From Burkholderiaceae bacterium (GTDB lineage Bacteria > Pseudomonadota > Gammaproteobacteria > Burkholderiales > Burkholderiaceae_B), in NCBI GenBank assembly GCA_029866055.1, contig JARXAG010000119.1:1-57475 (forward strand): a DNA stretch of 57,475 bases. The letters are read 5' to 3'. Numbering within the stretch: position 1 is the first letter of the stretch; every line of letters begins with the position of its first letter. Shown piece by piece: positions 53,206 through 57,475 of the stretch. The notes beneath the pieces were generated by a model. That model was given only the letters and a program-made list of their open reading frames with translations, was not told where the DNA came from and did not search any database. The position numbers and the translations under genes are program-made.

Positions 53206-54467
53206 GGCCGAGGCGGTGCCGCGGGGGTGCTGGGCTGGCCAGCAGGTTGAGCCGCTGAAGCGCCTGGGGGCGTGCGCCCGCCCGCGCCAGGCGCCCGGCT
53301 ACCCGCAGCCTCAGAGCCACCAATAACCCGTGCCTTTGCACCCGCGCGCAAGCGATCTGTACCTTCGAGCACGACTCGCTCACCGACTTGAACACCCTCA
53401 AGGATCGCCACACGATCGCCACTACGCGCACCTGTTTTTACCTGTCTGACCGCGACCGTATCGTCTGGCAAAATCACATACACAAAAGCACCTTGGTTGC
53501 CTTGCTGCAATGCGCCCGACGGAATGGTTAACGCATCTTTAACAGTGTTGACCTTCATGCGCACATTCACAAACTGGTTTGGAAACAACGCATCCGCTTC
53601 GTTACTAAAACGCGCCTTTAGCTTGACTGTGCCGGTTGTCACATCGATTTGGTTATCAATCGTCATCAACTCGCCCTGCGCCAGTTGCACCTGATCTGAG
53701 CGATCGTACGCTTGCACTGTCAGAGTTTGCCCCGCAAGCAAGGGTCCGCGCACAGCGGGCAAATCGTTTTCGGCAAGGGTAAACAACACGGTAATCGGCT
53801 GTGTCTGAGTGATCACCACCAAACCCAGCGGATCATTGGCGTTGATCAAATTGCCCGCATCGACACGCCGCAGCCCGAGGCGACCCGCAATCGGAGCGGT
53901 GATACGGGTGTAATCAAGCTGCAGTCGCGCACTATTCACAGCGGCCTGGTCGCTTTTGAGTTGTCCTTCAAACTTGCTCACCAACGCCAGCTGAGTATCG
54001 AGCATCTGGGGTGCAATCGAATCTTGTTTGCGCAAGGTTTGATAGCGTTGTAAATCACGCTTGGCGTTTTGGTATTGAGATTCGTTTTGTTGTTGCTGAC
54101 CAAGTGCCTGCTCGAGGGCTACCTCAAACGAGCGAGGGTCGATTCGGGCGAGCAACTGATCGTCTTTGACCTGCTCGCCTTCTTTGAACAAGACTTCGAT
54201 TAATTCACCTTGCACGCGGCTGCGCACCGTGACCGTATTAAACGCCGTGACGGTACCGAGACCGCGTAAATAAATATCCAAGTCTTGCACACGGGCAACG
54301 TCTGTCTTGACCGGCACAGACGGCACAAAGCCAGCGGGCGGCCCCTTCTTTGCAGGCGCCGGGGCGCTGGGGACAAACCACCAAGCTGCGAGCGCCACCA
54401 ACACCACACTGACAATCCATACAAGCGGAGACCGCACAAAAGAGTGCGTTGACGAACGTTCAACCAT
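53202..54467 (-). CDS. mdtA: RND membrane fusion protein, MdtA/MuxA-like
   Basis: [43 protein letters not shown]; start 54467 or 54479. Confidence 0.9.
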   Translation of the reverse strand: MVERSSTHSFVRSPLVWIVSVVLVALAAWWFVPSAPAPAKKGPPAGFVPSVPVKTDVARVQDLDIYLRGLGTVTAFNTVTVRSRVQGELIEVLFKEGEQVKDDQLLARIDPRSFEVALEQALGQQQQNESQYQNAKRDLQRYQTLRKQDSIAPQMLDTQLALVSKFEGQLKSDQAAVNSARLQLDYTRITAPIAGRLGLRRVDAGNLINANDPLGLVVITQTQPITVLFTLAENDLPAVRGPLLAGQTLTVQAYDRSDQVQLAQGELMTIDNQIDVTTGTVKLKARFSNEADALFPNQFVNVRMKVNTVKDALTIPSGALQQGNQGAFVYVILPDDTVAVRQVKTGARSGDRVAILEGVQVGERVVLEGTDRLRAGAKARVIGGSEAAGSRAPGAGGRTPPGASAAQPAGQPSTPAAPPRP

Positions 54468-54485
54468 TAGCGTTTCCAAGCGACC

Positions 54486-55238
54486 CTACAGGGCGCAAAG
54501 GGTCATTTTGAAGGCAACATCTTGTGCCACAGCTTGCGGTCGCTGATCACCTTGCTGCGCCGAGTAACGAATCCAGACCATATACTTATTGGCACTGATC
54601 TCAGGAAACACACCAGCAGTGTCATCGACCCAGACACGCAGAAGCTGATAGGTTTTACCCGCCAACATTTGCTGATAGGCCCCTTGAGGTGCGACAGCTT
54701 TCACTGCCTCACCCGATTCGCGCAACAGTCGTAAGACGATCGCAATGCCGATGTGTACTGGCATCAAGCTTGAAATCCAGCGTTGTAAATCAGCCTGACG
54801 TTTGGCATCAGGCAAGCTTTGCCACGCATGAAATGAAGGCATATCAACCTGTGTGCCCCCACCGGGCACAACCAAACGCCCGCGCAAACTAGTAAGCCAT
54901 TCATTTTCGCGCAGCGACTGCCCAGTGCGGCCACTAGCATTGAGATTAGCGGCAGCTTTCTCAATTTCTGCCAGCATACTTGTCAGGGTTTTTGTGTCGA
55001 CGCCAGGGTGGTCTTTTAAGCCAACGAGCACCATACGTTGGCGCTCGAGGTCTTGTAAAACGCTACCTTTAATGTCGGTGCGCTCGGTGGCATCCAGCAG
55101 GTCAAACAATGCAGAGAGCGCAACCTGATGCTGCCGAGCATCGCTTAACCCAGCAAAAAATAACATTCGATCAAACAACGACTCAAGGCGCAGCAGCGCC
55201 CGAACACGTTCATTGAAAGGATATTCGAACAAAGTCAC
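54486..55238 (-). CDS. zapD: Cell division protein ZapD
   Basis: FEYPFNERVR.LLRLE, PGGG..D.P, FPEISANKY. Confidence 0.93.
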   Translation of the reverse strand: MTLFEYPFNERVRALLRLESLFDRMLFFAGLSDARQHQVALSALFDLLDATERTDIKGSVLQDLERQRMVLVGLKDHPGVDTKTLTSMLAEIEKAAANLNASGRTGQSLRENEWLTSLRGRLVVPGGGTQVDMPSFHAWQSLPDAKRQADLQRWISSLMPVHIGIAIVLRLLRESGEAVKAVAPQGAYQQMLAGKTYQLLRVWVDDTAGVFPEISANKYMVWIRYSAQQGDQRPQAVAQDVAFKMTLCAL

Positions 55239-55273
55239 AATATTTGCATGTATTTAGCTAGGCAGTCGGCAAA

Positions 55274-55909
55274 TTAGGATGCGCGATTTGACGCAAGTTG
55301 CGCTAGGTTACACCAGCCTTGGTGCAACACCAATACTTGTTTTTCGAGAGCTGCCATCGAAACCGCCTTTGAATTGTCAATCACGTCGTCGGCCACCGCT
55401 AATCGCTGCTCGCGTGTTGCCTGCGCCGCCAAAATATTACGGATGGTCGCAAGTTCAATACCGTTACGGGCCTGCACCCGCTGAATTTGGGTGTCTTGAT
55501 CGCAATCCACCACGCACAGGCGATCAATTTGCTGACGCCAGCGACCCGACTCAACCAGCAAAGGCACCACAAATACGAGATACAGCCCCTGCGCAAGCTC
55601 CGCCTCTTGGCGTACAGCCTGGGCAATCAGCGGATGCAGAATCGCCTCAAGCTCAGCCCGCCTGGCAGGGTCAGTGAACACGAGCTCTCGCATGCGGGCT
55701 CGATTCAGAGCGCCAGAGGGCTCAATCACGTCAGCGCCAAAGGCTTGTCGTATCGGGTCGATGGCTTGTCCGGCTGGCGCCGTCAGACTGTGGGCAATCA
55801 GATCGGTGTCAATCACCGACGCGCCCCAGCCAGCAAGTAAGTTGGCCACCTGCGTCTTGCCCGAACCAATGCCTCCGGTCAGGCCCACTTTAAACTTCGA
55901 TGTCTGCAT
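55274..55909 (-). CDS. coaE: Dephospho-CoA kinase
   Basis: GLTGGIGSGKT, LEAILHP, VPLLVE, ADDVIDN. Confidence 0.95.
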   Translation of the reverse strand: MQTSKFKVGLTGGIGSGKTQVANLLAGWGASVIDTDLIAHSLTAPAGQAIDPIRQAFGADVIEPSGALNRARMRELVFTDPARRAELEAILHPLIAQAVRQEAELAQGLYLVFVVPLLVESGRWRQQIDRLCVVDCDQDTQIQRVQARNGIELATIRNILAAQATREQRLAVADDVIDNSKAVSMAALEKQVLVLHQGWCNLAQLASNRAS

Positions 55910-55911
55910 AT

Positions 55912-56652
55912 TTACCTTACGAGCAGGCTTGTCAGGACCCCAAATGAAAGACATGACAAGCTATTTTGCGTACAAAATAGCACGAGGATGGCGCCCATTG
56001 CCAAATAAGGGCCGAACGCCACGGCCTCGAACCGCTTCAGGCGCCCGCTCGCCCGCCCAATTAACGCGGCAACGCAGGCCGCCAGCGATGCCGCCAATAA
56101 CGCCCAAGGCAGGGCCTCGACACCTAGCCAGGCGCCGTTTGCAGCAGCGAGTTTTAAATCCCCAAAGCCAATGCCATCGCGGCCACTGCAGCCCCGAAAC
56201 GCAGCCCAAATTACCCATAACAGCCCATAGCCCGCCGCAGCACCCGCCACGGCGTCGTTTAGCTCGACCCACCCGCCTGACCAGTGAAATAACAAGCCCG
56301 CCCAGAGTAGTGGCAGAGTCAGCATGTCAGGTAAAAGACGGGTCTGCGCATCAATCCGCGCTAATACCTGTAGCGTCGCGCAGTAACTCGCGGCCATCCA
56401 GGCCTGCCAACTGACACCCCAGTTCAGCACTGCGAGTACGTAGCAAAGACACAAACCTGCGATTAGCAACCTATCTAAGTAATTTTTTGCCCCTTGCCGG
56501 TGCGTGCTCAAACTTGCTGTTAGCGAATCGGTCACCACACACTGCACCATGAAGCGTTCAGACAACTCGCGCGCCACAGGCACCAAGATCAACGCACTGA
56601 GCCCCCCGAGAGGCAGTCCAACCACCAAAGCACTAAACATTCTTTCAAACAT
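55912..56652 (-). CDS. A24 prepilin peptidase (PilD-like) lacking the N-terminal Zn domain
   Basis: ID..TRLLPD and GIGFGDLKL catalytic Asp motifs, FGPYL; no CxxC pairs. Confidence 0.82.
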   Translation of the reverse strand: MFERMFSALVVGLPLGGLSALILVPVARELSERFMVQCVVTDSLTASLSTHRQGAKNYLDRLLIAGLCLCYVLAVLNWGVSWQAWMAASYCATLQVLARIDAQTRLLPDMLTLPLLWAGLLFHWSGGWVELNDAVAGAAAGYGLLWVIWAAFRGCSGRDGIGFGDLKLAAANGAWLGVEALPWALLAASLAACVAALIGRASGRLKRFEAVAFGPYLAMGAILVLFCTQNSLSCLSFGVLTSLLVR

Positions 56653-56745
56653 AGCAGTTTGCTGCGAAGTTACTGTGCATGGACTGTGCCAAATGCGTAG
56701 AATGCATAGAATCCTTGAAGTCTCTTGAATTAGGAAGTCTCGATT

Positions 56746-57475
56746 ATGTCTCGAAGCAAAGGGCGCCTAGCCCCGCACGCATTAAAATTTCGGCCGTACC
56801 TGCTCGCTTTGTTGGCGGTCGGGCTAACAGGCTGTGCACAAATGCAGCAGGCGGGCTACTACAACCCTCCCCCAGCCAGCACAACCACTGACGCGATCGC
56901 CCAAGGCGACGGCATCTATAACAACCAAACGTTGCGTGCACCAAGCCAGATTCAAATTAGTCTGCAGCAACCTGGCACCGCGCCCCGAACCGCGGCTACA
57001 TCAACAGTGGCCCCAAGCGCGATCGCAGCAAATCCGCGCGCAGCGACTCCCGGGCAAGTCGCGGGTACCAACGTGACCTCGGGTGCACCTACCACCGCCC
57101 CAACCTATGACAGCAGCAAGGCTCCCGTTGATGCCCCGCCCTCAAACGCAGGCTCAACCGTTGATTCAAGCTCGAGCGCTGCTGCAGCACCAGCCGAAAG
57201 CCTGCAAGCCACTCTGATCCCCGAACCTCAAAGCTTTGCCGGCACCTTGCCTTGTTTTCATCCCGAAATGAAATGTTCAGCACAGCGCGTGACCATCACA
57301 CTGGCGCCCAATGGCCGCTGGCGCGCACGCGCAACCTACCTAGAGCAAAGCAGCAAGAACAGTGCCGTGCAAACCGATCAGGGCTGCTGGCGAGCATCGG
57401 CTCAAGCCGTCCCTCGCGTGGTGCTGCTAAACAATCAAGGTAATGTGCGCGCCGAGCTTGCAATGACCTCGGGCA
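56746..57475 (+). CDS. Lipoprotein with NlpE-N-like domain (runs off the window)
   Basis: Not in the ORF track; open from ATG 56746 to the window end. Lipobox LTGC, Ala/Pro/Thr linker, then FAGTLPCFHPEMKCSAQRVTITLAPNGRW..DQGCW. Confidence 0.78.
   Translation, partial: MSRSKGRLAPHALKFRPYLLALLAVGLTGCAQMQQAGYYNPPPASTTTDAIAQGDGIYNNQTLRAPSQIQISLQQPGTAPRTAATSTVAPSAIAANPRAATPGQVAGTNVTSGAPTTAPTYDSSKAPVDAPPSNAGSTVDSSSSAAAAPAESLQATLIPEPQSFAGTLPCFHPEMKCSAQRVTITLAPNGRWRARATYLEQSSKNSAVQTDQGCWRASAQAVPRVVLLNNQGNVRAELAMTSG

Noticed and set aside
55674-56414. 246-aa plus-strand ORF and the many other overlapping ORFs in the track
   Set aside because: Antisense or alternate-frame shadows of well-supported genes, with no recognisable motifs

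Overview
Housekeeping backbone of a betaproteobacterial chromosome at about 55% GC by eye. Gene order and proteins resemble Bordetella/Achromobacter, so Alcaligenaceae is inferred. Core order: pmbA(partial), yjgA, esterase, gltX, nrdAB with tandem NrdR boxes, histone H1-like gene, yggT, prmA, accCB, aroQ, tlpA, mpl, rnb, tonB-like, aroE, lptG, apaH, plsC, pyrC'BR, yqgF, yqgE, rubredoxin, thiD/thiE-like, hemL, argJ, DUF815, mutT, zapD, coaE, pilD-like. Accessory-looking inserts: a large MscS channel; an alpha/beta hydrolase with a LigJ-like hydratase; a Liv-type ABC importer with an arylformamidase-like hydrolase; and an MdtABC-OMF efflux operon. I saw no tRNA, rRNA, CRISPR array, integrase or transposase. 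The most unusual locus is nrdB to the histone H1-like gene. Its 260-nt spacer folds almost entirely into six consecutive hairpins ending at the RBS, and the H1-like gene is split by an A10 run, so its WPFP C-terminal motif lies in the -1 frame. Also notable are an extreme C/A third-position skew at the gltX 3' end and a probably catalytically degenerate ThiD-like protein. Three genes missed by the ORF track were read by hand: pmbA, rubredoxin and an NlpE-like lipoprotein. All calls rest on motif recognition without database searches.
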